From positions 8,494,001 through 8,558,000 of the forward strand of contig NC_092353.1 of NCBI RefSeq assembly GCF_963676685.1: a stretch of DNA of 64,000 bases, written 5' to 3'. Numbering within the stretch: the first letter of the stretch is position 1; the number at the start of each line of letters is the position of its first letter. Of this stretch, positions 37,501 to 52,500 are shown piece by piece. Origin of the DNA: Mytilus edulis (Eukaryota). A program made the translations under genes and the position numbers. The notes below the pieces were generated by a model. It worked only from the letters and a program-made list of their open reading frames with translations, was not told where the DNA came from and did not search any database.

Positions 37501-40500
37501 CCATTTCCACTCTCAATTTAATTAATGACACTAGAACAAGTTTAAACATACCTTTAAAATCAAATCTGTACTGTAAACCAGAAGACTACGAAAAGAATAA
37601 TAAAAAGATTACACAGTTTTAATGTACAACGACAGGCATGAATATATGTCGGATTGTTTACCCAGTACATTGGAACTCATTCACTGTAAATAAAAGATGG
37701 CAGATACAATCTATTGTTTTGAAAATCATGCATTTGTATATTTCACACAACTATGACTTAAAGAGGGGCGAAAGATCCAGATGCACCTGAAAATAATCTG
37801 ACAACGCCATGGCTAAAAATGAAACAGAAAAACAAACAAACAATAGTACTCAACCACAACAAAATAAAAAGTAAAGGCCAATCAACAGGAATCCCACCAA
37901 AACCTGGGACGATCTCAGGTGATCCGTAATGTTCAGCAGATCCTGATGTATTTGTGGCACCCGTCGTGTTGCTTATGTTAGTACAGACTCTGTAATAAGT
38001 ATAATTCTGTAGGTTAAATTCGTGAAAAGGAAACGGAATTGTAGTAACTACTCAATTTTTATATGTAGGTCAAGATATGATGAAGATTTTTAAGTGAGAA
38101 GACATCATCTTTATAGCGAAAAGTAAGGTTAAAGGATGCTGCTTACTTCTTTTGTTTCTTCTTAAGAAGTTCCTGTATGACTAACCTTCAGTAGGGTAAA
38201 ATACATACTATTAGCAAAATGTATTTGTACTAATTGTACATTGGTGAATGACTTTGCGTTTGTAGTTATCCTTGGCGTTCGATATCATTACTTGTCAGTT
38301 TTATTTGCAGAAATCATCATCATTGAAATATAAGACGCGTTGATAAATTCAATATTTTTTTTGCGTTTATGATTTTAGCGTCACTGATTAGTCCTTTATA
38401 GACAAAACGTGTGTCAGGCGTACACAATGTGGATCACGGTTAACTTAAATTTCAATTGTGATTCATATGATGACATTTTTAAGTTGTTTCTTAATCGTGC
38501 AGACATGTAAATTTTTCACAAACCTGTGTTTTACTGCTAGCTTTTAACATCGAGTTTGATCTGTATCTATGCACCGCTCTCCTGATTCCTTCGTGTAACT
38601 AAAATGCAATAAAACACTGAATGAATAAGTAAGATTATATGTCCTCTTTCAGTTTTTTCATGAATTATGAAACAAAGAAGGGTGTATGAACTATGTTGTC
38701 ATAAAAAAAAATGTACTACTTTTCAATAAACGATCAAACCTTAAAAGGAAAGGAGATATAACTGCAAGTACTTAAAGATATACGATCTTATATTGTACTG
38801 TTACACCAATATTTTAGGTTAGGAGGAGGGCTCAGTGCTCACAAACCTGTTTAACTCCGACACATTATTTGATTGCATGTACCAATCCATGAGTTAGTTC
38901 GGTGGCTTTGTTGGTTCATATCTTTTGAATTTGTTACCTAAATTGATTTGTTATAATCTAGGCCGTTAGTTTTCTCAATTTAACTGTTTAAAATTTTTCA
39001 TGTCGATTCTTTTTTAGCTGACAATACCGTATGATGTTTTCTCATTGTTGAAGGCCGTATGGTTGCCTTTAATTGTTTGAATTTACTCAATTCAGATTTT
39101 GATGGCTAGTTGTCTCATACGCAATCATACCACATCTCCTTTTTTTTTTTTATATTAACCCACCATTTTTCGGAAATACCTGCTTCAGGTGAGGAATATG
39201 GCATTTGTTTGGTTTAAAGTTTAACGGTTGCTTGATATAGTAGAATTTGTAAGTTGCTATTAAGTGTCCCTTTTCAAATTTGTTTTCAATTGTTTTGTCT
39301 CGAATTTAACTGAAGAGACATACGGTGTTGATATCGCATATGGCGCAGTTAATTCTTACTGGATGGTGTAGAATCAACAAGTCGTCAATATGAAACGTTT
39401 TCATTACATAATTCTTCTGAACTCACCTTTTTATTTGAAACTGCTTCTCTTATAAATATAATAAATCCCTGAAAATATATTAAAGCAACAAAAAGACTTA
39501 AAAACAGATAAGTCAAATTGATCAGATTGTATTGCCTATTGAAATGCAGATCGAGTACCAAAATAAACGGTACTCTTAATGTTTTTAAAATTACAAGCCA
39601 ACAAATTAAATAACCCTCAGAAACTGCAGCTATGCATGTCACCCTGCATACAGGAAGTCGCGTGTTAAAGAGTAATGACTCTTTTCCTAATTTCGTTTTT
39701 GAATTAGCAAGACGATTGTATATCAGATTTTTTTTTTTATATATTTTTAACGTTTTAGTCGTTTTTTCGCTGTGTTGATCCATATAAGTTTGAATATCAT
39801 TTTGGTATTATCTGCCTCCCTTTTAAGTTGAACCAAACTAGCTGCTGTGCTTTGAAAACGTTATTTCAAAATTCTGCGTTTATTACTTTTTAAAGTTAAT
39901 ATATATTATTTTTTATAAATCGTTAATTCGTAATTACTGCTTTTAAAGAGCAACTTAATATATAGTAATATAAATAATTATATATGAATATATACCTGGA
40001 GGGAAGTAGAAATACCAAATAAATACTGAAATATGATTGTATCTTCATTATATGCCAGAATTCCAAATAACCATGATAGTCCCAATACTGGTATTAATAC
40101 AGCCATACATTTAACACCCGCTCTATAAACAATAAATACATCTTTACCTATAGAACTACTATATATAGTAGTTGATCTTTGATGACGCACTTATCAAGTC
40201 ACACACTAAGTCTCGGTCCCATTAGAGTTCACGCGATGCCATCAGTTTTTACGTCCAACGTCAAGATGTATTATGGCATAAAAATGTCCACCCGTGCATT
40301 TTGTCGCCTGTCTTTCCATTCGTCCGTTAAAACGATAGCCCTGATACGCATGTAATGTTACAACGACATTAGGATTGACTTGAGAACGCTTTCTTTTGTT
40401 GTCACATCGTACTTTAAAATGGCATGTACTAGCTAAATTGAGCTTAGATAACTGTTTTTGTAAACTGAACACTTTTGTTGGTATTGGTGCATGTAGAATA

Positions 40501-43500
40501 TCTTTTGATTTTTAAAATTCTCGGCTCGACTCTTTATAGAACTTTTAACAGACATAGCTGACACAACATGCATATGGCTGAATAGGAACATTCTCGTGCA
40601 TATTTTTCAAAAAGATATTCGAATTAAATACTTGCTCAATAGCCAATTTAATTATTGCAACAGGTACTCTTGGTGCAGCTGTTATTTTTTTTTATCTTGA
40701 TTTGTCTCTTCGAAATCACATTTTTACACAATGTTACACTAACACTAATCAATGATTAAGGAACTTCGATTACCTTCATTTTAGTTTTGCAACATTTCAA
40801 TATTTTATCATCAAATACAATAATTAAAAAAAATAAAAATAAAAACAGGATAGAACAAGGCTGTGCAAACCATAGATATTTCTGATGTTTAGTAGTAGTC
40901 GTTTGTTGATGTGGTTCATAAGTGTTTCTCGTGTCTCAGTTTTTATATAGATTAGATCGTTGATTTTCCTGTTTGAATGGTTCTACACTAGTCATTGTTT
41001 GGGGCCATTTACAGCTTACTGTTCGGTGTGAGCCAATGCTCCGTGTTAAATACATTACTTTGACCTATAGTGGCTTTGTTTCTCAAATTGTGACTCCGAT
41101 GCAGAGTTGTCTCATTGCCAAGAATACAACATCTTCTTATATCTGCACAAAGGAAAATATCTATCATGCTATAATTAGACTTATTTACTTGAAACAGACT
41201 TAGCCTACACTAAATACAAACCTGACTTTTTTCTTTAATCTTTCGTTCATCATAGCATTTGTAGAATAGATAGCTTTTAATACAACATGTATTATTCCTA
41301 TATTAATCTACAATCAGGGAATATATATCAACAAAATTATGATAGATGATAATTTGTTGATTACTAGCAAGTCATTCTTTCAAAGAAAAATGGCCTTGGG
41401 ACGAAATAATTATGTCAAACACAAAATATTACAGATGTTTCTATCTAGAGATACCAAGCGCACTTTTAAAATTCAGCAGCCTATACAAATAGGAAATACA
41501 ATGAGCAAGCGGAAAAAGCAAAACAAGGCAAAAAATACCAAGTCGACATGAAAACGTTAAGATACAGAGGACGGGATTGTAGTTACGATATGAGAGAAAA
41601 AAAAGCCGTGAATTACAAAAAAACAGTTTTTGTTTGCGTCTTTTGTCAATTTTACGATCATCTTCAACTAAATAGTTTTCCCCTTTTAGTCTTTGTTCAA
41701 TTTAAATGTTTCAAGAACTATGCACAATTTCAAATCCAGGGCCTTTCCCTTTGGCACTCCACGGTACTTTACCAAAAAAGCACCGTGGCACTCTAAGGGT
41801 TAAATAAAGAAATAGTTGGCATTAGTCTAGTTTTATCCTATCCAGTACTATAGAAAGCCAAGGTTGACAATGATTTTTCGAGGGGTACCAATCGCTCTGT
41901 CACCCTCTCAGCTAGGTATTATTTCATTTATAAATTGATTAAAGCATCAGTGGTATATGTCTATGTTTATGACTCAGAAATTCGTTACTGCAACGAAATG
42001 TAAAATTGATTTCCTACAATTTTTTAAATTCAAGGGTTTATTTGATTCGACCCGTAAACATTTGCAAATGGATGTGAGGTACTATGATTTTGATGGAATT
42101 GTACATTATAACTGACCAACTGTTATAAATGTTGGGGGTTTGAATAGCTATGAACTATGTTTAGCCCACTGTTTGCTATTGAAAAAGCCTGTACCGATTC
42201 AGGAACAGACTACTGTTTTACAGAATCTGTAAATAAACTTACCAGTATAATAAGTAAAGCAGGTCCAACAAAGGCCATAAATACAAAATTATTTGTGCTA
42301 AGCCAGCAACTGTAAACATATAATACAAAAATCAAATAGAGACACTTTAAGACTCTTTGAAAAAAAAACCAATTTAATTGTGTTCACTTGAAAAGGAATT
42401 GTAAATGTATGTTCATTTCTGTAGATATATTTTTCGAAACTGTACACGGAGTAATAGGAAGTAGAGTACATATGTACGTCAGAAATAAATTATCAAACAA
42501 AACAAACACAACTGTATTTGTTTTTTGTTTTTTTTCGTAAGTGTGTGTGTGTGTGTAGTTCCTTTCGATTTTCATTTAAAATCAAACATTTATCTGAGTT
42601 GATTTAAAATATTATATATCTCATATTATTTGTGTGTATTGTAATCGTATTTAGGTGTAATACCACCGACTCATGGAACGTCACATCCGGTTGAATACGA
42701 AAATAGGTCGAAAAAATATTCCCTTGAAATTTACAGTTGTAGGTAATTAATCCTACATTGTATTGTAGTAAAACATTTCTGTTTTTATAAAAATATGTCT
42801 TGGGTATTTCAATGCACCATTATTTTTTTTATTTGAGGTTTCTATAGAATATTTTGTAAACTTATGGTTACATGTTTACTTAAGCTTGTACACTGGTTAT
42901 ATAAGGGAAGTATTTGATTGGTTAACTTCCAGTGTTGAGATAACTGAATTTTTTTTCATTTCTAAAAGCAGAATTTGACCAGTGTAAATATATAGCTTAA
43001 AATTAATCTTAAATTGACGATTCAATTCTAATCAAGTCAAACACATGTTTTAACTATATTGCTGATTCATGTGATCAACATTAAATCAAAACATATAAAT
43101 TCTAAATCCTGGTTAACTAAACAACAAAGAAACATGATGTAAACACGACTATATCAAACCATTGAATAACAAACGATTTTTATTGTTTGAAGTTAAAGTT
43201 TGTAAAACACAGGCTGTTAAATAGATCAACTATAAAACACTTTTCATTTTTTATTCTTATTCATACTAATTTATACATACTATTTTTCGGAATGATATCC
43301 TTTAAGGCGCGTTACTCCGAGAGTTATTCCTACAATCACCAACGGAACGCCTGAAGAAAACAAAATGTGTTACTGCCTACTGTATTATTTGTATGCATAT
43401 GATATTTTTCTTTAAATCAATTCTTTACATACATGGATAGAAATAGTTGAATCGAACCTATATTGTTTTAAAGTGGGGATAACATTGATTTGATCAAACT

Positions 43501-46500
43501 TTGAATATATCAAATACACAATTAATCAGAATTCATATATTGACTCGCATCTACAAATTGGCTATGGAGTCGCTGCAGCTTTACGACAAAAAGGGGGATT
43601 TTAACTTTCCAATTTCTTACTTTCAATTTTGACGAAGCAACCTTCAAATTGCTGCATATATGCAGTTCATCTTTCCTAGTTTTAGTCGTCTTTTAATTCT
43701 TACATTTTTTTTCTCGGTCTTACTTTGGTTTATTAAGAAAGATTGCCCATTCAGTATATTGGTTTTTTTTTAAATCATTTATGTTAATTACCAATATTAT
43801 AATTTATAGTTTCGGCTTCCTTTTACTTTTCTACATTGGTTAGAGGTATAGGGGGAGGGGGGAGATCTCACAAACATGTTTAACCCCGCCAAAGTCAGGA
43901 GCCTCTGGCCTTTGTTGGTCTTGTATTATTTTAATTTTAGTTTCTTGTGTACAATTTGGAAATTAGTATGGCGTTCATTATCACTGGACTAGTATATATT
44001 TGTTTAGGGGCCAGCTGAAGGACGCCTCCGGGTGCGGGAATTTCTCGCTACATTGAAGACCTGTTGGTTGCTGTGGTTTTTTATTTGGTCGGGTTGTTGT
44101 CTCTTTGACACATTCCCCATTTCCATTCTCAATTTTATTCCTTTATTTTTTACATTTGGTAAACTTTTAAATGGAACATAGTGTCTTTTTACAACAATCA
44201 CCTTTTAAATTAATTATGTACTAGTCAGCTATTTTTTATACAACAAGTAAGCAAAAATGTCAAAAAAGTATATTCTTACCCCAAGCAAATGGTAAATAAA
44301 AGCGTACTTCAGATTTTCTCTTGAAAACAACGGTCACAGATCTAGCTACTGATATTCCTTCACATAACATGAGAAAGAATACAACCAAAAACACGTAATG
44401 TAGAACAGCTGTTACTATAATACAAGCAATCTGAAACAGATATGAAAAATTTATCTGTGAACGTTAACTTAAAAATTTAAAATACAATAATTTTGCTGTT
44501 CTAAGGCAGTATTTATAAGGCAGTTCTTAATGGGAGTTTGATATGATCTTTGTTAACGTATTTTACTGTTTCTCGGCATGCCTGTCCATTGCAGGACACG
44601 ATACTCTGTTTCAATTACTAGGCCTGTTTACGGATATTGTGTTATTGAAATTTTCTGTTACAAAACTTAAAAAAATAATTAAAATATAGGAATGTATGTC
44701 CCTCATGCAAAGCTCTGATTCCTGGCCTTGCTATGGCTATACTTTATTGACCTTTTTTTTTTTTTAAAGCTCTTCATCTTTTCAATAAGCTTTGAATTTG
44801 CAAATATGTTGGTCTCACTGAAGAGAAATTGATTATCGAAATGCGTATCTGGAGCTGTTAACATTGGAACCGATTACTAGTATGTAATTACCCTATAAGC
44901 TAATATGACTGATATTGGAACATGTGGAATATATGAACTACATGTTACCATATTTATCATTATAATTGTAACAATACTCACATCATTGTCTGTGACGGTT
45001 GTAGAACTTAAGAACACAGAATATCCAATGATCAATACAACACACATATTCGATAAAATAACAGTCCATTCATTTTTAACATACCTAAAATAGTGCGTAC
45101 ATATTCAACTATCACAACTATAAAGTATAATCAAAGAAAATACATGTATAAAAAATAAGATGTTGTTTGATTGCCAATGAGACAAATCTCCACAAGAGAC
45201 GCATACATTTAGACGGAACATTAAATTCTATCGAAAAAATCAAATGTCTGCATCATTTTATCGACTACTACACAATGTATATAATAGATAAAATAGGTAA
45301 AAACTAAGAATCCTTGACAGATGATTATAATGTAATTTTACCAAATTGTATTATCATATATAACATGTATAAACGTATTCTTGTTTTTCATGCACATTAA
45401 TTGTTATGTTAACGTTGTATATAACGAGTTTCATGTATTTGCCTTACGGAGTTAAAAATCAGTTTAGATGGATTAATTTGGTCAAACCATACTGCAACTC
45501 CGGAACCAAATTATTGGAGCACTCATAATGCAGATTAATCCACACCAGAGTTTCGGACGCACCGATTTCATAGAGTGTTATTTCTATTTGAAAGGATATC
45601 AATGTTCTATGAAGTATGTGACAAATTAACATTTTTCAATTGTAGTATAGCAAGGAATCTTTTTAGAAGACCTTTTGCTTCACTTTTAAGATTTCTGAAA
45701 TGGTGTTGTATTACTGTCTAGTTAGTTAATGTCCGTTTTTTTTCTTTTCTTAAACTGCTTTTTTTTTTATTTGTGCACACATTTGTCTGAATAAAAATTC
45801 CTTTCTATTGTGTATTCTGATACAATACGCGTGTATTATTCTGTCTTTTTAATATCTCACCTCCAGAATATGTAGTAAGTAATAAGGGTAAGAGTACACC
45901 CTAATATTGATAGTCCACATCCAATAAACGTGATAATTTCTAAGGCTATCTGGTGTAGGTCTGTCTAAAATGTACATAAAATTGAGAATGGAAATGGGGA
46001 ATATATCAAAGAGACAACAACCCGACCATAAAGCAGACAACAGCCGAAGCCCATGTAATTAGGCTTCGGAAAGGATGTTGCATTGCTCTCTAGTTTTTTT
46101 CTTCTTTTATCGTAAACACAATTTGTTCTGTGCAGACATTTATCTGCATAACAATTCCTTTCTACAGTGTATTCTGACAAAATACACGTGTATTATTCTG
46201 TCTTTTTAAAATCTTACCTCCAGAATACCTCCGAATAATATGTTTCTTATTTATTGAATGAAAATATCTATGTTTTCTTTAAAGTGCATACAATGTTTTG
46301 AGAATAAAATAATATATTAAACATTGCTTAAAACCAAATAATGACACAGGTATATTAGGATTTTGAAAGCAACACTTCGCGTTTTAACTTATCCATGGTA
46401 TAAATGATACCAGGGTTGCGTTCAATATCGTAGCAGCTACATATATTTGTGCTTCTAAACGAGTAGCTAGTCTAGCTGCTATCAATATATATGTAGCAGA

Positions 46501-49500
46501 TGGGCTAGCTACAGTTCAATAGTTATAAATCTACGTAGCACTATGTAGCCGATACGATGTTGAACGCAACCCTGGTTGATAATTAAGTCCGCAAAATTCG
46601 AGTTTTATCAACAAAGGACACTGGTGTTAGAATCAATACAGCTGAAAGGCGAAAACCCCAAAACGAGGTGCAAGAGCAAAAGTTCACAAAGAACATGCTA
46701 CACCTGCCTACCAGATACCGTACTTGAAAATCAAAAGTTTCCTTCGTTCTGGTTTCCTAAACAGAAATTTCAAACAAACCTAATAAATATATTTTTTTGT
46801 AGATCTAAAAAATCGCTTTGGATGCAGGAAATGTATAAGTGTTTTTTTATTAGAATAATATAAGAAATTCTTAGTCGTCAACAGGTTTTTTCATGAACAC
46901 ACAAGTTTGTGTATGCGCATGTAATGTAAATAAAACTTACAACTTCAAAATCGCTAGGACTCATCAATATAGCAAAATTTGTTAAATGATTGCATGTGCA
47001 TGTAGAAACAGTATATTCAGTCTTTTTGAGATAACATCCACTATTAGCCCAACTTCTAGCGCTGAAATAATAGCCACATTTAAATCGAGACATAATGAAA
47101 GTTCAGATCATTATTTAAAAAATCTTGAAAAGGTTAAATTATTTTATTTATTTTTCAATCTTCATAAAGATTTCAAGATCAAAATTAAATTAAGTTAAAA
47201 TAATTTTCAAACAGAAACATGAATATCCGGGTCATTTGAGATCGACAACGCGATACAGTTCAACCAGATAAAATTATTACTCAGATACCGTTTACATCAT
47301 TTTATAATTTAAAAGACAGGAATAATTACAAAATTGTCATGTTAGATTGAAATAAAAAGTACAATATCATACATATAGCGTTGTCTTAAAGAATTACAGA
47401 TCTGAAAATCAGTTTAATGCATAGACTTAAAAGGTATAATACGAGATATCCAGGTACATCTTTAGACAGGAGCTGATATAATGGTAACGATAATAACGGT
47501 TGGACAATGGCAATACAGTACATTATCTTACCTCCTATACATTTCTAGGAATACGATTGGTTAAAAGCGTCCTCATGGAAACCGTGTATATTTAATATTA
47601 GGTTAGTTGGGAGGCGGGGCTTATTTCATACACGGTAAGTAGTGGAGTTACGTCCCTTTATATTCCATATAAGGTAATAAGGAGGCCGGGCTTATTTCAT
47701 AAACGGTTAGTAGTGGTGTTACGTCCCTTAAGAAAAACAAAACAGTACTGAGAAAAAATCTTAAGGGTTTCGACAGACGAAGAAAGTGATGATAAAGTGA
47801 AATAAATTCATAAAACACATTTAAATCTAACAAGTTGTCATTGTTGGCATCTGTTTTTTTAGGATCAAAGGAAGTAGTTTCTAAATGATGTTAATGCTAA
47901 CTGTATTGAAGACTTGCTCATTTTGATAGGTTACTAGTCTAAATTAAGATAGTCGGTAAGATAAATTCGTTACATAGTGTGCTAGTGATGTAATACGGTA
48001 TATATGGGGTCAGTAAATTCCATATGGGGATTCGAGCTTCGCTCTCACCCTATATGGAATTTACTGACCCCATATATACCGTATTAGGTCACTAGCACAC
48101 TATGTAACTAATATTACACCAGCTATTATTTTGACTAAAACATATACCTGAAGTTCCAATATCCACATGATATCTTGGGATCTGTGAATGGCACCTGTAG
48201 TTCGGGAAAATAATATGATGTAAATAACAATAAAATTCATGATAAAACTGGCAATAACATAAGGATAGAATATAGTAGACGATATCGACAAACTCACATT
48301 TGACTTTAACTTTTTTTTTCATTGGATGTATTTTATTTCTTAGAAATATTCATCGGATACCAAAAAAAAATATAATCCATTTACACGATACAAGTCAAGG
48401 TAAACACAACTAAAACTTCACGAATCGCAAAATTTTTCAACAGAAATATACCAGGTACGTCGACAAACCAGTGTTTTGTTCTTTGTAAAACATTGCATAA
48501 ATTTAATGTATTGGAAAAGTTATATCAGCTATACGCTTTCCTAACACGTGAACATTGATAAAATCTATTTTAATTAAACCGTGCTATTGACATTGGACGT
48601 TAACCTTTAACAGTTGGGACTAATGTGTTATGCCTTTGTTTTGTAAATGTATTGCATTTCTTTTTAAAGATTTGTCTTTCTAGAAATCAGGTCTCGGTTG
48701 TACAATATAATGAGGGTATATATGGAAACACGTATCGTTCTTACAAAAAAGAAGTTATACGTTTATGTTTTTAAATATTATCCTTTCAAATTACTATATG
48801 ATATACAATATGTGTGTAATGATTTATTTCAATCACTTAACTCTTTAAACGTGAAAATTATTGTTCACTTAGATATATGCAATACTACTAAAAATAAGTC
48901 AGTGTACAATTTACCTTTTTATTTTGTTCAAATCTGATTGTAATATTTTCTGTTAAGATGTGAATAGCTTGGCCAAAAGATACGGAAATCACGTCAGAAC
49001 CAACTGATCTGAAACAAACATGTTTGCCTTGATTTCTTAAGTTAAGACATGTTTTTTTGTAACCTCACCGGTTCAGACAAACTAAAGAAACAAACATATT
49101 CTGTCTTGCAATTGTATAAATATGCATAGGAATAAACAGTCAATAACCCAACGTCCTTTTAAATAGTAATGAGTTTTGATAATTAGCGATTTGTTCATAA
49201 ACTTAAGAAAACACGATGGAAACAATTGTAAACGTTTTCTTCCTTTTTGGTTTATAAATCAATAAATTTTAAAATATTTTTTCCTCGAGCATCACTCAAA
49301 AGCCATTAATAGTAGAAATGCAAATATGGCGCAGAAATATTGGTACCGTTTTTGTTTTTAAACCTTTTTTTTCTATTAAACACAGCTTACAATAGATCTT
49401 TAAGCGAAAAAGCAAACAGAAATTCTAAACAAACAAAAGACTCCAAACTGATGTGCAAAAAAGAAGCCTACCTATATTCGAGTTGATCCGAATCGCTCAG

Positions 49501-52500
49501 TCAGAGTTCGTTATACATCTTTCAAAGCGCTTCGGACGCATAGAATTATTAAACGTGTTGTTGTCAACATTTCACAATATCCATCGTCCGTCATATTTTA
49601 TTAGATAACTACTGCTTTTTGTGGTAATATTTAAAGAACCTTTAGCGATTAAAAAAACGTTTTCAAATTGTTCCGATTCGAATTTTGATAGAGATTAAAT
49701 TTCATAAAATTGAACGACAAGCTAACAAATGGATATATAAACTCATAAATCAATGACAATGTGACAATACATTGAAAATATCCCCAGAAATACAATCATC
49801 GATGTAAAAATTACATACATTGTAATACAAAAAAATGACTGATCAACAAAAATTCAACCAACCGGGATTGATCTCAAATGCTCCGGATGGGTATGTTGTT
49901 GAATAAGATGGTTCCCACATGGCTTACACTTATTGTAAAGGAAAACCATTAATCTTAAAGCGGTATGTCATATGGGTGCAGCAAAAATAAAAAAAAAAAG
50001 CAGAAATACACTGTACGAAAAAATAGATGAGATATGACAATGAGACACCACTCCACCAGTGACCAAATGACACAGGTTTTAACAACTATAGGCTTGGTAA
50101 AATATATACACCATAGTCAGCTATAAAGGCCTCAAAATAACAAATGCAAAACTACTTAAACGAGAACCACTGAATTCGATTCCTTCAATAGAAGAAAGTC
50201 ATCAAATATTTAACTCTATATGAGGAAGTTACTGTTAGTTAACGATGTTAAAGTACGTTTTATATGGGGACGAAGTCCCCAATTACGGTAGAAAAATCAA
50301 TAAAAAAAAAAAAAAAAAAAAAAATCGGGAAAATTTCCCGAACTTTTCATTGTACTAATGAACTCAAAATCGTTAACTTTTTTTTCAGATCTACTTCCGT
50401 TTCCGGTCTTCTTCCGTTTCCGATCTTGTTTGCATGAGACTTTGAATAAAATGTATATTTATCAACATATAGGAAGGAATTAAACACCTAATCATTTTTA
50501 ATAATTGTTTGATATGAAAAAAAACGTTACCTGGATAACAGCGTTTCTTTGTTTACATTGAATATGACGTCATAACTTAAATAACGTCACAACTAAATCC
50601 CTAACAACAGAACCATTATCGGAAAACGTTACGGCATTTCCGTTTCTTTTATCAACATGTTTTATTCAAAAAAAGATACAGACTTCGTCCCCATTCACAG
50701 GTTATGCCTGCCTCATATTAAATACAAATAAATGGATTTACCTAACTTAATATAGTAGAAGTTAAGTAATGTACATACCTATTTGGTGTTCTTGGAAGTA
50801 TACCGGACAATGTTCTGTAGAGGGCAGCTGTGTAAAGTGTATCTAAAAAATATATAATATATTATGAGTGTACAGTAATCAATACCTCAAATAAATTTAC
50901 GAAAATCGTAAATACTAGTATATTTAAATTTCAAATCTTTTACCTCTTTAAGTTTAAAGTCTGAGCTGTTTGTGGTTATTATAAGAAGCAAAGTAATTAT
51001 AAGAAAGACAACGAAGGAAATACTAATTCACAATGATGATGCCTGCCCGTTATTTATAATACTATACACATGGAAAAAAGTATTGCAACACCTTGATTTT
51101 TCAACAATTGAAAAATCAGCCTCTTTTTTTGGATGATATATAATAAGATATTTGTATAATATTATTGAAACATAGTTTATGATAACATTGGCATTGAAAC
51201 GAACAAAAAATGTTTAAAAAAAAATGATTTATATAACCACAATTTTAATAACAAAATGAAGCGTTTTTTGTACAAAAAACTGCATTTTACAACTTTGACT
51301 GTAGTCGAACTTTACAATGTCAGACATTTCAAAATTAATCTTCAGATGACTGTTCACATCATGGTTGATCGTTACACGCCAAAGAATTAGTACTTTGTGC
51401 GCAGCCTCCATTCAAACGGATAACCGCATCTTAACGTCTTCTGATTCCTGCCAAAAATCGACTAATTTGTTGCTAAGGTAGCAGCAACCATTTCTGATGA
51501 AGGGCATTGTTTATTTCATGATGTGTTTGAACTGGGGTGTCCTTTCGCGCACTTCCCGCCCAATAGTGTCCCATATATGCTCGATATGGTTCAAATCTGG
51601 GCTACGATCCGTCCACGGAAGATGACCCGAATTCCATTGGAACAATGAATCTTCCTCCATGATGCTAATTTTCAATTTTAGCGAGATCTGCACTACATTG
51701 GATACGGAAAACTGTGTGTCTGTTCGTGAACAAAGGTCTCCGAAATGGTCTTATCGCACGATAACCAGTAGCGATGAGTCAATCTCGAACAGTTCTTGTT
51801 AAAAGGTCCCTGTATGCCAAACACTCTCTTTTTTGGATTGTATTGTATGCAAGGGATTTCCTTCTGACCAACCTTTTTTATGCTTGATTTTCCCTAGCAA
51901 ATGGTATAGAGGGTCTTCTTTATTTCGGAAGGTCTTTAACATCGTTTAGTGCCATTTTTAATTCTCAAAACGACTTCTAGTGGAATGGTGATGACCAACA
52001 ATACGTGCAGTTATTACAGCGACCTCCTGCTTCACTCATGCTGATAATCTGTCATCTTGCTGCAGTTAAGAGTTGTCGATGACCCATTACAAGGTGTCAA
52101 TCACATAACTTTAAAATTTTGGTTATTTAAAGTGTTGAAAACAATGAGGATGAAAACACCTGTTTTGCTGTTTACGGGTACAGTAGCTGCATGTGCAGAT
52201 AAAAACTTACCGAGTCGATATTTATTGATTAAACTCAGGTGATACTTAAATAATGTTTAAGTAGTTCTATTTTACCAAATTATATCACAAAAAAATAAAA
52301 AGTGTTTTTTTAATTTCAATTTCAGTTTGGTGTTGCAATACTTTTTTCCATGTGTATATATAAATTCAATAGACATAAGACATATATTAAACTTCATGCG
52401 ACAAGCAAGGATTTTTTTTAGTTTTTTAGTTTTTTGTATTGTTTTTTCATGGATTCAATCAATTTGTCGATGTAGTTTCGGAAGAACATAAATGAATTTG

